64,000 nucleotides of DNA from Lingula anatina (Eukaryota > Animalia > Brachiopoda). The translations under genes were made by a program, and so were the position numbers. The stretch covers positions 620,001 to 684,000 of the forward strand of contig CM120642.1 in assembly GCA_051362555.1 (NCBI GenBank), given 5' to 3'. Shown here piece after piece: positions 49,607-64,000 of the stretch (its first letter is position 1; each line of letters opens with the position of its first letter). The notes under the pieces were generated by a model. The model was not told the origin of the DNA, did no database searches, and saw only the letters and a program-made list of their open reading frames with translations.

Positions 49607-52600
49607 GTAAGTTTTATGAATTCATCAGATAATAGAAATGGTTGGAAATATGTGATTTAAAATAATGGAAATGATGGGGTGGAATAGTAGATAATATAAG
49701 TGAGCCTGTGTGTAGGAGTTGATGACACTTCCTGTACTGAGATTCTGTATCTGAAATATTTGTTTGTTAAGTTTTCATCCAAGTTCTGTGTACACAGTTT
49801 TTACATAATTACAATGCCTAAGACTTCAGGCACGGCTGCACATAGTTGAATTTGTGCAGCTTAACGCAACAAAATGCCAGCAGTCCTCATTGGGTGAAAT
49901 AAACTATTTTATAATCTTCTTTTGTTGATTACATGTCTGTCTCTACATATCAGCTGTGGCAGAAATGTCTGCTGTATAAAAACAGCTGCAACAGCAACAA
50001 TTTTTGAAATATCTCTCAACCGTAAGTAAATGAAAATGAACTGCACTATATTTAATGGGGATATACCCCATGTGATGAAAATATTCAATGTTATAAATCA
50101 TTTCCACCCCAGGTTACTCGCAAGTCATAATAATAATAATAAATGGTCAGGTTTACTATTGTGAACTTGGCTGCCTAATTAATAAGCCCCTGAACCACTA
50201 GGGTGGTGACCCCTTTACAGGCATCGTTGGTCCAAAGGTTTTGTAGTGAACATTCGGACCAATCAACGTTCGGACTATTGAACCTTTGGACTATTGCTAC
50301 AGCCCCCACGTTAACAATACCACCCAGCTAAAACGGGAGACCCCGCTGCCCATGGGAGCCCAGGTTGCCATAGAGACTGCCAGGGAGACTGCTCTTTTGC
50401 AGTCTGGGGCTCCAGTGTGCTTTCTCCTTGAGAAGGCAGTCTGCAAAGGGGGCTGCAATGACTTAAACATTTTGCAGGAGACTGCAAACGAAACTGAAAT
50501 AACTGACATTTTCAGAGGATTGTGTACACCTTGACACCACTATACCTGTATAGCTCTCATATCGAAACCGGCAACTGACTAAAATTGTATATCATGGACA
50601 ATTTTTACCCAGACAACATGCATACTGTACTAACTTCTTAGATATACCGCGGGTATAATCTAGACGCTAGGGGCTCTAATCCACCGTTGAAAGATCCTAT
50701 AGGTACGGTACGCGATTCCCGACTTGGGTTATGCCCGAAGAAAAGAGTAATGCCACTGTTTGGTTACAAAAATCAAAATTCGTTTATTGCCAGGTCGCAG
50801 CCTGATTTTATACCTAACTTTGCGTGACAGACTTGTATTTTTATTGAGACTTTACTATAATTAAAGGAGATAAGATAAAGAGGTTAACTTTAGATAAGAG
50901 CTATAAACTTCTATTGACACGTATTATGAGTCGCGTGCCCAAGCCAGTAACTCAGATCGAATTAATTTCCATTTTTATGTACAGACACAGATGTGTCTGT
51001 ACATATAGCCATCACCTGCGTCTGTCGTCATCGTCGTCGTCGCCGTGCACTTTTACCGATAACGCGATAAGTGGAAAACCGTTTTCTCTTTTGGTTTGAA
51101 ACTTACAGAATTGATGAATATTTATAGTACGCAGGTCAAGCTCGAAATCAGCATGATCGGGTCACTTTTAGGGAAGTTATGCTGTTTTTTCACTTTTTTT
51201 CAGCATATATGCAGCACCGATAGCACGATAAGTGGAAAACCATTTTACCTTTTGGCTTGAAACTTACAGAACTGATGAATATTCATAATCTGCAGGCCAA
51301 GTTTGAAAATCAGCATTATTGGGCCATTTTTAGGGAAGTTATGCTGTTTTTTCACTTTTTTCAGCATATATGCAGCACCGATAGCACGATAAGTGGAAAA
51401 CCATTTTACCTTTTGGCTTGAAACTTACAGAATTGATGAATATTCATAATAGGCAAGTCAAGTTCAAAAATCAGCACGATCAGGTCATTTTAAGGGAAGT
51501 TATGCTGTTTTTTCACTTTTTCAGCATATATGCAACACCTATTACACATTTTAAGGAAAATTGATTGGCCAATTGTCTTGAAATTTGCAGGAGTGACCAG
51601 TGTTACTAAAATACAGATTAAGTCTTGAAAATAAGTTTGATTTGTTAAGTTTTGGTGAAGTTGTGCATTTTTTTGTATATAAGTGTTTTTTCCTCAGGCA
51701 CATTAACAGTCTCATTTTGTAACTAATTAGATATGTAAAGTTGTTCTTTTGACATTTTCTGCATCTTTACAATATTGTTAGTTGATTATATAAAAATGAT
51801 GATAAACCTGTTATTGTGTGTCAAAAATGGAAATAAAATCATATCTTTACAGTTTGTCAGATTCAATCATTCACTATGTTCAGAATCTCTGAATGGAGCA
51901 AATTAGACATTTAAAATTGTTCTACTGATATTTTTCCTATGTCAACAATTTTTTTAGTTGATCATTTAAAAATGACAGTAAATTGATTATTTTGTTTTAT
52001 GTAAAAAAGGTGCTGAAAATGGTAAGAAAATCATTTCAGTACAGTTGTCTCTTGTTTACATTTTGGCATTTTGAAGGTGTGACTCTTAACTTCCATGGCC
52101 TTGAAGACCTTTTCATGTCACATTTTCTGAATATCCATGATACTTTTATGTTATTATTTAAAATTGATGGTTATTATACTGTTAAGCATTATGTAATATT
52201 GCATCAAAATGGAAAAAAAACTTTTTGGACACTGATGACCATCAAAGGAAAACCATGTTACTTGTGGTACTTACTGAAAAGTGCATCTTGTGTTGGAAAA
52301 TCAGTGTGATTGTTTTCTGTTTTGTAAGCAATGCAGTTCTATAGAGTGCTATATGATGATACTGTATGGATGGCAGTCTATGGAATTGTCCCTTGGGTGA
52401 TCGCTAATTAAATTAAGGTCAATAAAGTCTTGCCTAGTAATTAATTTTCAATTGTCCATTAAATGAGATTACAAAGAACACTCTGTTGAGATTTCCCTGT
52501 AAAGTCCCATAGGTTTAGCTTTCTTAACTGTATCGTAATTAGGATTTGGTGATAATTATGCAGGTAAATGTTGTTTAATATTGCAAATAAATTTACAACA

Positions 52601-53157
52601 GAAAAAAATTGTGTTATGCCAACATGCTATAGATGAATAACAATACCTTATTTTTCTCAAACTCAGTGGGGTTATTCATATCATGTTAATACAGCTAGAT
52701 TAAAAGTTTGAATAGCAGCTTTATTGGAATTTTTTGTTATGTTTTATTAAAAATTTTTTTTTATTATTTTTTAAACACTAGCATCTTCAAAATGTGTCTT
52801 CTAAGTCCCATCCTCCAGAAGTGCTGTGCATTTTCCGTATTTCCACATGAGCAGTTGTATTTATTTTTATGTCTTTAAACATTATGTAATATTATTTAAT
52901 GCACTGTCATCATTTTTCACATATTGAGATTTTCATTATGTGAATTTGAACTCTCACATATGGTCCTGAAAATGTAATTTTTTTCACCATGTTACCTGTT
53001 GTGGATGATTAAATTTAAAGGGATAATAACTGTTCGTTTTGGCCAAAAATTGAATTTTCCTGAGGTAAACCACAATTTTCCCATACTTACCAATGGTAAA
53101 TGAATCAATTTCTACATTCAAAGTTAGTCCGTGAATTTTTTCTAAAAAGTTATTTTC

Positions 53158-56100
53158 TTTTTATGTACAGACACAGATGTGTCTGTACATATAGCCGTCA
53201 TCTGCGTCTGTCGTCGCCGTCGTTGCCGTCGTTGCCGTCACCGTGCACTTTTACCGATAACACGATGAGTGGAAAACTATTTTTACTTTTTGTTTGAAAC
53301 TTACAGAACTGATGAATATTCATAATACGCAGGTCGAGTTCGAAAATCAGCATGATCGGGTCATTTATAGGGAATTTATGCTGTTTTTTCACTTTTTTCA
53401 GCATATATGCAGCACCGATAACACGATAAGTGGAAAACCATTTTACCTTTTGGCTTGAAACTTACAGAACTGATGAATATACATAATACGCAGGTCAAGT
53501 TCGAAAATCAGCATGATTGGGTCATTTTTAGTGAATTTAGGCTATTTTTTCTCTTTTTTCAGCATATATGCAGCACCGAAAACACGATAAGTGGAAAACC
53601 ATTTTACCTTTTGGCTTGAAACTTACAGAACTGATGAATATTCATAATACGCAGGTCAAGTTCGAAAATCAGCACGATCGGGCACTTATAGGGAATTTAT
53701 GCTGTTTTTTCACTTTTTTCAGTATATATGCAACACTGATAACACAATATAAGAAAAACAGATTGGCCAATTGTCATTATACTCACAGGAGGGGCCAATC
53801 TTACTAAAACACAGGTTGAGTTTGAAAATCAGCATAATCAGTCCATTATTTTAGAAGTTATGCTGTTTTTTCACATTTCCTCACATTCAATTCTTAGGCA
53901 TGTTAACAGTCTCATTATTGAACTAATAAGATACGTAAAAGTGTTTGTTTGACATTTCCTACATCTTTACAACATTGTTAGTTGATTTTGTAAAAATCAT
54001 GGTAAACTTGTTATCATGTATTGTGTAATAAAGTGTCAAAAATGGAAATAAACTCATATCATTACAATTTGTCAGATGCATTCATCCACTATGTTCAGAA
54101 TCTTAGAATGGAGGAAGTTGGACATTTAACACTGTTCTATTGATACTTTTCCCATCTCATCAATTTTCTTCATTGGTCATATAAAAATGGCAGTAAACTG
54201 TTTATTTTGTTTTATGTTAAAAAAGTGTTAAAAATGGAAATAAACCCATTTCAGAACAGTGCTGTCTTGTTTACATTTTGGCATTTTCAATATGTGACTT
54301 TGAAGTTCCATGGGCCTGAAGACTTTTGCTAGTTACATTTTCTGAATAACCATGATACTAATATTTTATAATTAAAAATTGATGGTCATTATGCTGTAAA
54401 ACATTATGTAATATTGCATCAAAATTTGAAGAAACCCCTATTTTGGGCACTGCTCCCATGATGACCATTTAAGGAAATTCATGTCACTTACTGTTCTCAA
54501 ACTTACAGGAAAGAAACATGGGACTAAAATACAGCTTCAGTAGGCAATGCAGTCTGTTTGGTAAATTTTTCTGGCAATTAAACAGTTTTTTGTGAAAATT
54601 TAATTTTTCACATATTGGCATTTCCAAGGTGTGACTTCGAACCTCCACGGGCTTGAAGACCCATGCTAGTCACATTTTGTGAAAATCCATGACACTTATA
54701 TTTTATTATTAAAAATCGATGATTATTATGCTGTTAAGCATTATGTAATGTTGCATCAAAATAGAAGAAAACACAACTTTTGGTGCTGCTGCCTTGATGA
54801 CCATTATGGGAAAACGTGTTACTTATGACTGTCAAACTTTCAAAAAAAGAAACACAGGACTAAAATGCAGCCTGAGTTAGAAAAGCAGTCTAATTGGCTT
54901 CTTTTTCTGGAAATTATACATTTTAGTGTAATATTCATTATCTTTTTGGCATATTCATTGTGGGACTCGGAGCTCCCATGGACATGAAGCCAAATGATAA
55001 TCCTATTTTCTACATGTCCATCCTATTTATAGTCAATAAACAAAAATTGGTGATAATTATTCTCTAATTTATTATGTAATGTTACATCAAAATTGACAAC
55101 AATCTTTTTGCACTGCTACTGCAAACATTATGAAAAGAAAACTGTGCTACTTATTATGATTTTAAACTTACAAGTACGATTTTTAGGATTGGCCTTCAGC
55201 TCATGAGAAAACCAGATCTATTGGATTATCATGTTTATTGTATTTATGCATTTTTTGTGAAATTTTCATTTTTCTCATTCTGGCACTTTCTAAGTATAAA
55301 CTTGAACTCTGATGGGCCTGGAGCCTTATGCTTTTACTTTCGTCTGTGTTACCTGTTGTGCATAAGTTGATGTTGACTGTGCAGTTAACCATTATGTATT
55401 ATTGCATCAGGATTGGTAGTCTCCTATTTTGGGCATTATAGTTTTGTGCTTTCTTAAGGTGTGACTTATGGGCCTGTAGACCTTTGAGTGGGTCAGTCTG
55501 TAAATTACCCTTGGGTATCAGTAGATCAATTTCAGAGTTATAAAGTCATTTGCTTTAATAGGCCATTAAATGAGATTACGTAAAGCACACTTATTGATAT
55601 TTCCCTGTAAACTCCCAAAGGTAAAGCCCTCTGCTAGATTAATAATAAGGAAGCAGTGATAATTATGCAGGTAAATTTTGTTTAATATTGCAAATAAGTT
55701 ATATATATATATAGAAGATTAAAAGTTTGAATAGCATCTTCATTGGAATTATATTTACCTCAAGCTCTGCCAAGGGGGTTATATTTTCACCCCTGTTTGT
55801 CTGTCATCCACATAACACAAAAAGTTATGGACCGATTTTGCAGAAATTTTCAGGAACTGTCGGAAGTGGGCCAAAGAGGACAATGATTAATTTTTGGTGG
55901 TGGTCCGGATCAATAATCAATCAATTATCAATAATAATCAACAATTGCTGCCTTGGCAGAGGTCTGCACTCTCAAAGTGCTTTTCTAGTTTTGTTGTTTT
56001 CCTTTATAATTTTTTCTCAAACACTTGCATTTGTGACTTTTAACTCTCTTCTGCCTGGGGCTCTGCATATTTTCTGTATTTCTACAAAAGCAGTTGTATT

Positions 56101-56548
56101 GTTTTTTATGTCTTTAAACATTATGTAATATTATTTTATGCACTGTCATCATTTTTCAAATATTGAGACTTTCATCATGTGAATTTGAACTCTCATGGTC
56201 CTGAAACTGTAATCTTATTGAAGGGGTGGATTGAGACCATCTTCTGGGTCTTCCGGAAGACAGTCAGGTTATTTAGTTTATATTGACTGGTATCTATTTT
56301 TTCTGTTGGAAGACCATCAAAATGGAGGATGGATCAACATAGATACTTTGTAATACTGTCAGAAAATATCTCTGGGTCTGCTCCTGTTATTGACCATGTT
56401 ACCTGTTGTGCAAAATTAAAATTCAGTGTTGACTGACAGTGCTATTATAAGCATTATTTATTATTGCATCAAAATTGACAAAATGACCTTTTTTGCATCT
56501 TTATTTTCTGTTTTTTGTCTGTACATTTGACAGCTTTGCTGCCTTGTT
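53158..56548 (+). mobile_element. Complete 3.4-kb Helentron-type element present only in copy B
   Basis: Both termini intact, sits in a T-run with no TSD. Empty site at ~15690-15715 in copy A. Confidence 0.85.
55754..55990 (+). mobile_element. Short Helentron-like non-autonomous element of a second family
   Basis: ctctgccaagg / ccttggcagag sub-terminal inverted repeat, gtctgtc tract, and 3' gcact-ctcaa-agtgc hairpin + ctagtt. Confidence 0.65.
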
Positions 56549-59538
56549 TGTAATAATCTCTTAGGAGATTATAACAGAGTATATCCATCTGTGGAGGTCT
56601 CATGGTGCAATGTCAAGCTCAGATATCAGAATAATAGTTATAACTGCCATTTTTGTGGTAAAACAGAATATGTTATATTTCTATGAGTTTTTTACAATGT
56701 CTTATTGTGGAATATACAAATGTAGATCTCATACAAAGAGTTATTATCCCTTTAAGTGTTGGTTGTGCTGTTATAAGTATTATTTAATATTGTATCAAAA
56801 TTGAGAAAATGACCTATTTTCTGCATCTTTTTAAGGTGTGACTCATGGGCCTGAAGACCTTTACTGGTCACATTTGTAATTTCCCCTTGGGAATAAGTTA
56901 AAAGCTATAAAGTCAATTAAGATTCAAGAGGCCATTAAATGAGATAACGTAAAACATACTTGCTGATACTGTAAATTCCCATAGGTCAAGTTCTCTGCAA
57001 GATAACCGTCCATAATAAGGAAGCAGTGATATTTATGCAGGTAAATATTGTTTAATATTGCAAATAAGTTTTCAAAAAAAATTATTTTGTGTAATGCTAA
57101 CATTAATGCTATTGATGAATAACAGAGCCTTATCTATCCTCAAACTCAGTGGGGTTATTCATATCATGTTAATACAGCAAGATTGAAAGTTTGAATAGCA
57201 GCTTTATTGGAATATTTTTTTCAAACATTGGCATTTTCAAGATGTGACATTTAACTCCCATCCATTTGAACCTCTGCGCATCTTCTGTATTACCACATAA
57301 GCAGTTCTATTGGTATTTATGTCTTTAAACATTATGTGAATTTGAACTCTCGTGGTCCTGAAACTGTAATCTTATTTCAGGGGCGGATTGAGACCATCTT
57401 CTGGGTCTTCTGGAAGACGGTCAGATTTTAATGTTTATATTGACGGGTATCTATTTTTTCTCTTGGAAGACCATAAAAAATGGAGGATGGATCAACAAAG
57501 ATAATGTGGAATACTGTCAGAAAATATATCTCCTGTTCGCTCCTGTTATTGACCATGTTATCTGTTGTTCATGATTAAAATTCAGTGTTGATTGACAGCA
57601 TTATTTATTATTGCATCAAAATTGACAAAATGACCTTTTTTGCATCTTTATTTTCTGTTTCTTGTCAGTACATTTGACAGCTGTGCTGCCTTGTTATTAA
57701 TGTTAAATTTTACTATTCTGAACACGCTTTCCTTTTTCACCAAAAAAAATTATGAAATACAATTTTTTTCCGTTAATACGTTGCTTAAAACATTTGTTAA
57801 TATAATTCTATTACGCTTCTATCATTAAACTCATACAATACGTTGTGCCAATGTTGGAGAATGGTTAGTAAGCATCAAATTAAGTTGGGCTTGTGATTAA
57901 AATTAACTGGTAACTTTCAATAGGCCAAATTCATTTCAAGCCAGGGGCATGTTTATCTTAACTGTCAGCTTGATATAAACAGTTCGCCTACAGCTTGCTC
58001 AATCAGGTCAAATAACTATACATAGCACAGTATTAAGCGGGCAACCGTTGAGCTGTTTCAAAAATCTAAGCCAGAAGCTATGTCAGGAATGTTCTTAGGA
58101 AGCTTAGAGGCAAGAAATCTGAAAACATTGATTTCTGGATTGAAGAAGGACACATTTTTTTGGAAAATTAGAAAGACAAATGAAGAGATAAAGAGACAGG
58201 ATACGAAGTGAGCATGTAAGTCTTTTAATTTTGTATATTCCTACAATTTACTGATGCACCAGGATCCATAGAGCCTTGGAAAGTGTTAATCTTTCACCCA
58301 GCACTTTGAATTCTGTTTGTGGTTGTGATCTTATAGGATCCTATAGGACTTTTTCGTTAGGGGAGGGACTGCCCTTGCAGTCCCCCTGGCAGCGCGTTCC
58401 AAAAATGCAAATTAAGACTGCCAAGGGGACTCTTGGAACGTACCAAAGGGGTAAATAAGCATATATTTAAAGGGTTTATGTAATGAATTGCTTAGGCATA
58501 TAGTTTAGGAGAGATCAAACTAACACTTCAATATTTTTATTAGTTGAAACGTAACACTGATGTTTTCAATGTTACTTTGTTATCAACACATCTTTGAAGG
58601 AAATATTATGCTCTGTTTAAAGCATAATTAAAGGACAAACAAGTATGGTATTGTTTTATTTTTTATTATTTTTTTGGTTAAAATCTCTTTAGAGATTATA
58701 ACATAGTATAGCCATCAGTGTAGGTCGCGTGGTCTGAAGACAAGCTCAGACATCAGAATAATAGCTATTACTGCTGTTTTTGCTGTAAAATAGAATACAT
58801 TATATTTCTATGAGTTATTCACAATGTTTTTATTGTGAAATATAGACCTCGTACGAAGAGTTATTTTCCCTTTAAGAATGATCAAACTAACAGTTCAATA
58901 TTTATATTGCATGAAACATTACATTGATTTATTCAATGTTATTTTGTTATCAACATATATTTTTGAAGGAAAACATTATGCTCTGTTAATAAAGCATAAG
59001 TAAAGGACAAACATATGTATGTACTCAAAATTTGGCTGGTGACATTGCTTTTACTGCAAGTAACATAAATGGTGTGAATATGACATAACCTTAAATAATG
59101 TCAAGTAATAAAAATTATGTAATGTTTTAGACCAGGAATATGCAAATATCTAAATTAAAAAGGCATAATGTAATGAAAACTTTCATAATTCTACCATATA
59201 ATGCGCAAAACGCAATCTGCAATTCCATGGTTCATGTCCGATTTACGTAAAGTTGCTTAAAGAAAACTCAAGGACACATAATGACCTGTTTAATGGTTTA
59301 TTTGTTGATGCTTGGTAACTACCTGATCTACAATAGGTAACCATTTTCTGAACCCTCCAAGCAATACATCTGCCATGAAAAAGCAAACTTGTTTCTACAT
59401 ACTGGTATCAGAAGACTTCCTGTTTGATAACATACTTATATAATTCAAGTAATTAAGTGATATTATGTTAAAGCAAGTCAAATCATGATTAAAATGAAGC
59501 AATATTATCAATTTGCATTTTCAAAATCTTATTTACAG

Positions 59539-59673
59539 AGAGGTGTGGGGCAAATGCCGCATGTATTAATGCAGGAAGTTGTAAAAGAGGGCCTAGTGAC
59601 CAATGCAATGAAGATCTTGGATACAAATGTGTTTGCAATCATGGATATGGAGGGGACGGAGTTAATTGTATCA
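59539..59673 (+). CDS. Atypical EGF-like exon 3, copy B (KRCGANAAC...LGYKCVC...)
   Basis: As 17946-18080, with R>K, F>Y and one synonymous change. Confidence 0.92.
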
Positions 59674-60224
59674 GTAAGTTTTATAAATTCCTCACATTAC
59701 TGAGAGGATCAGAAATTAGCTACTTAGGCTCTACAGGTTTATATCAGAAATATTACTTGTCAATGAGGCACGGTTCTCAGACCTTTATTTATCTATCCCC
59801 TCTTGTTTCCCCATATAAATCTCTCTTTATATACAAATATCTTTATCTTCAAGCAAAATAAATACATTTATGTGTACTAGATGAGGTATTGACTTGGTAT
59901 CAAGGTGGATCATATTAATTTACCTGTACTGATATACATATACGAGAATAGAGGTGTACCACACTGGGTACCAAATGACTCCTAGATATACGTTGATAAC
60001 AAAACTTATTAGATAGCACACCATTTCTAAATAAATGAAAAGAGGATATCATCCTTAATAAATGTCTTCTCATTTAATTGATCTTGAGTAACTGTTTGTC
60101 ACGTGAATCAATACAAACTGACGTCCATTTCTTAAACCTGTCAACTGACTGGATTAGTGCATGTATGTCTATACACCTGGAAGAGACATTTGACTTACTC
60201 AGCTACTGGTATTTTATCTTAAAA

Positions 60225-60317
<93 letters not shown>

Positions 60318-61102
60318 ATATCCACGTCATAACATCCTAATATTGAAAATGTACAGAAATTAAATTGAATAGAAAACTGCAATAAATTGATAAATTTTAT
60401 AGCTCCTAAGCCCATGAAAGGGTTGGGAAACAGAAAATTTGTTTAAAGCATAAAATTAAAAGTATGACAGCACTAACAACAGCCCCGATATTTGGCACTG
60501 TTTAATCCAAACTCTGACGCCAGTTAAGTAAGTTTTAGCTGCTTAAGGATATTGTTACCTTTTGCAAGAAACCTTGCCATTGTTTAATGAAAATCTGTAA
60601 TTAGGGGCTCATAACACCCAAATGAAACCATTAAAACAAAAATGATGGCTACAGTCTGATGACCTTGGCACATTTTTTGTGATAAAATCTTAAGGGAGGA
60701 AGTTACGCCTCATACCAGTTTCTTTCTCACCTCAAAATAGAAAGGTGTTAAACTGATAGTAAAAGTTGAATTACCTATGCTTATACATTGCAGCAAAAAA
60801 TATAAATGCTGATATTTTATATTTTCAAGGGGATTTTTATTGTTTTGAACCGCACAAAGATAGATGCCTTATTGAACAATTAGATGCAAGAAAAAACTCA
60901 TTTTTCGGTATCTGGATAATAATTAAGGGTGACCATACCCTTAAAAGTTCACATAAGCAAACTTGTTTTCAGAACCGGGATCAGATGACTTCCTCTTTAA
61001 TAAAAATGATAACATTATATTGTGTAAGCAAGATATATGATGATGCTGATGTATAGTGAATGATGTCAATTTACTATTTTTCTTTTTTGAATTTATTTCC
61101 AG

Positions 61103-61237
61103 AGAAGTGTGGGGCAAATGCCATGTGTGTTCATTTAAGAACGTCTCAAATATTGCCTCCTGACCAGTGCTTTGAAGCTATGGGCCGCAAATGTGTTTGC
61201 AATCAAGGTTATGAAGGGGACGGATTTACTTGCAACA
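61103..61237 (+). CDS. Atypical EGF-like exon 4, copy B (...AMGRKCVC...)
   Basis: As 19454-19588, with R in place of the extra C. Confidence 0.92.
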
Positions 61238-61476
61238 GTGAGTTCTACGAATTCTTCAGATAATTGAATGGGTCAGAAATATGTGATTTTAAATAATCAA
61301 AGCTTAATCAACTTCATATTTTATCAATTTATTCAATTTTAGGTAATGCATGTATTGTGACAAATGATCCATGGTATAAAATTAACATTTTGATTAAATT
61401 GCTGTTGTGTTTTATAAAGCATGAAGGTTTGATCCTGCAATATTATCAATTTGCATTTTCAAAATCTTATTTACAG

Positions 61477-61611
61477 GGAGCTGTGGGGCAAATGCCACAT
61501 GTATTAATGCAGGCAGTTGTGAAAGAGGGCCTAGTGACCACTGCAATGAAGATCTTGGATTCAAATGTATTTGCAATCATGGATATGGAGTGGACGGAGT
61601 TAATTATATCA
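61477..61611 (+). CDS. Atypical EGF-like exon 5, copy B, terminal Cys lost (...KCICNHGYGVDGVNYI)
   Basis: As 19828-19962, with V>I, G>V and C>Y. Splice sites intact. Confidence 0.88.
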
Positions 61612-64000
61612 GTAAGTTTTATAAATTCCTCACATTACTACATGTAATAGGGTCAGAAATTAGCTACCCAGGCTCTACAAGTTTATATCTGAAATATTAC
61701 TTGTCAGTGAGACATGGTTCTCAGACCTTTATTTATCTATCCCCTCTTGTTTCCCCATATAAATCTCTATTTCTATACAAATATCTTTATCTTCAAGCAA
61801 AATAAATACATTTATGTGTACTAGATGAGGTATTGACTTGATAGCAAGGTGGATCATATTAATTTACTTGTACTGATATACATACAGGGTTACTACTTAA
61901 TATGGAGTATCATTTTTTGGCGAGTAAATTTTCTATAAAATATTTATTTTCTCTCTAACTATTTTAAATCCAAAACTGAGTTGTCACTCCCTGTGTAGGC
62001 AAGTGTGTTACCTAATTACTACACAACTCTTGAAACAATTGATGCATGCAGTTGCATGTTCTGTGGTCAGAAATGTGAGGGGTGGTCTTTTCGGCAATTT
62101 CTGCCCTCGTATAAAAACGCATGGGTTTGGTTAATATTTGGGCTGTTTTTAGAGAAGCAACAAAGGGATCACTCTGAAACTTGACAGGTACCTTAGAGAA
62201 AATATGGTTCGACAGCTAAGCAACGCAGTTTACTATGGGATTCTTGCTGTCAGAGAAAATGGCCAGAAACGGACAGCCATTGTCAGGCAATTCAGCGTTT
62301 ATCAGGAATCGCTAGTAAAGTCCTCCAAAGAAATGTTACAATAGGGGCACCTACTCCAATACCTCGACCAGGATGTCTGCGTATCACACCAAGAAGACAG
62401 GTTCACCTTCTCCTTGGAGTGCGCTGTGCTGGTCGTACAAAGACAACCAGTGTCCTCAAAAAAGAGTGGCAGAATGTCATTCAAACGCCCGTTCCAAGGT
62501 CCATCGTGAACAGGAGATTACTGCAAGCCGGTTATTTTGCACATAGACCAGTAGGGAAACCACTGTTAACAGCAGGTCATATACAGCGACGTCTGCAATG
62601 GGCTGGAGACCACGTGCGTTTGCAGCCAAAACACTGGAATCACGTCATTTTCAGTGATGATGCCAGATATGGATTTTTTAGGGTTGATGGTCGGGTCCGT
62701 GTTTGCCGACGTGTACTAGAGGCATAAAATGATGATTGTGTACTGCCTAGGGTGCAAGCAGGGGGTGGTAACATCTCTGTTTGGGGAGCATTTCATGCCG
62801 GTGCCCAAAACCAGTTGTTTTTTTCTTGGAGGCAACCTCAACCAGGATTCCTACAGAGACAGTCTACAGCAAACAATGCTTTCCTTTGTAAGAGTCATCT
62901 TCAGGAATAACTTTGTGTACCATGACGACTATGCACCCCCACATCGAGCTCGCAGAATCACTGTTTTTCTTCAAAACCAATGGGTTCAGCAACTGCCCTG
63001 GCCTGCAAACTCCCCAGATATGAACCCAATTGAAAATCTGTGGGCGGAAGTAACTAACAGAATTAATAGCTATGGTCATCGGCCGGTAAATAGTGATGAA
63101 CAGCGACAGGCAAATATCACTACGTGGAATGATATCCCCATCCAAATTCTGAAAAACTTATCACAGGGTATGCCATGTAAGATGAGGGCGCTGCAAGCGG
63201 CTGCTGGAGGTCATACTGTTGATGACTTTTCATGATTTACTGTAATAAGTTCTTTACCTGTGTAACATATCCTTGCCCGGAGGCTACAATTTTCATTAAT
63301 ATCTTAGCTTTAAGTTAATACTGACATCAAACTGTTGATATGGTTTTCTGGGGGTGTTCCTTTATTTTGAATGACATCTTATGTCAGATTTGATATTATT
63401 GACCCAAATACCTCACAACAGAAGACTGGATATTTTTATCACTCAACGACATACTTTTTTGGTGAATCAAGTCGAGAAAATTTTAAATAGCACTCAAACA
63501 CGATGATAAAAAATATTGCATATTAAGTAGTTACCCTGTATACAGCATTGGTCAAAAAGGTTGTCCCACCCCCATTCCCATGTACTTTGATTTACAAATG
63601 AGCACCTCACAGCTGTAAATTGTTAGAAATAGTCCTTTTTATTACAGATACCATGTCCTACGTGATTAATGGTTAAAAAGAATACAAAATAGTGGTGAAA
63701 ATATGCACATTTTATACCATTTAGTAAAAATTATAAGAGGTGCCCCCTCAAATCCACTGTTTCACTGTGACTTCTAGAGATGTAAAGAAATGTCTATTAA
63801 ATTGAAAAGATGCCATCAAATGTCACCAAATTCAAACACAATTAGCATTAGGGTGTGCTCAATAAAGGTCACGTGCCTAACAGCGTGTGCATCTACCGCG
63901 TACTGCAATTATCTCCTGTAGATGGCGCGACAAGCCTTCCACATGGGTAACAATTCTATTATGGGGGATATTGTCCCATTCATCCTAAAGAGCTTGGCGG

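Larger units (their letters stand above)
50972..57695 (+). mobile_element. Same Helentron-type element in copy B, complete, with nested insertions
   Basis: 5' hairpin as above. 3' end gtcagtaca + cagc-tgt-gctg stem-loop + cttgtt. Confidence 0.8.
37122..64000 (+). repeat. Large duplicated block, copy B (runs off right edge)
   Basis: Same exons, transposons and microsatellites in the same order as 1-22351. Differs by SNPs, several 150-900 bp deletions and one 3.4-kb insertion. Confidence 0.97.

Overview
AT-rich animal (most likely marine invertebrate) genomic DNA, not prokaryotic. The window holds two near-identical copies of a large block (1-22351 recurs at 37122-64000; about 98-99% identical by eye, plus several indels). 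Each copy carries a + strand multi-exon gene that the ORF track misses. The gene has a signal-peptide exon (MGLLFWRLLLVLMGCVLVRHTVSS), a candidate 6-nt microexon, one canonical EGF exon, and an array of symmetric phase-1 exons encoding an atypical EGF-like module (C-x5-C-x13-C-x7/9-C-x-C-x10-C). The module appears to lack EGF Cys1, carries a new loop cysteine, and is often joined to its neighbour by a dibasic pair created at the splice junction. The array grew by an internal microhomology-bounded duplication of about 1.9 kb. Copy A continues into small 3' exons and a Pro-rich exon followed by an out-of-frame GPI-like hydrophobic tail. Introns and flanks contain decayed Tc1 elements, Helentron-type non-autonomous elements with ~161-bp internal repeats, Kolobok-like and other MITEs, L2 and RTE LINE fragments, and an 81/86-bp minisatellite. 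Exon models are inferred by eye from splice signals and reading frame only. The two copies could be a true tandem duplication or two uncollapsed haplotypes.
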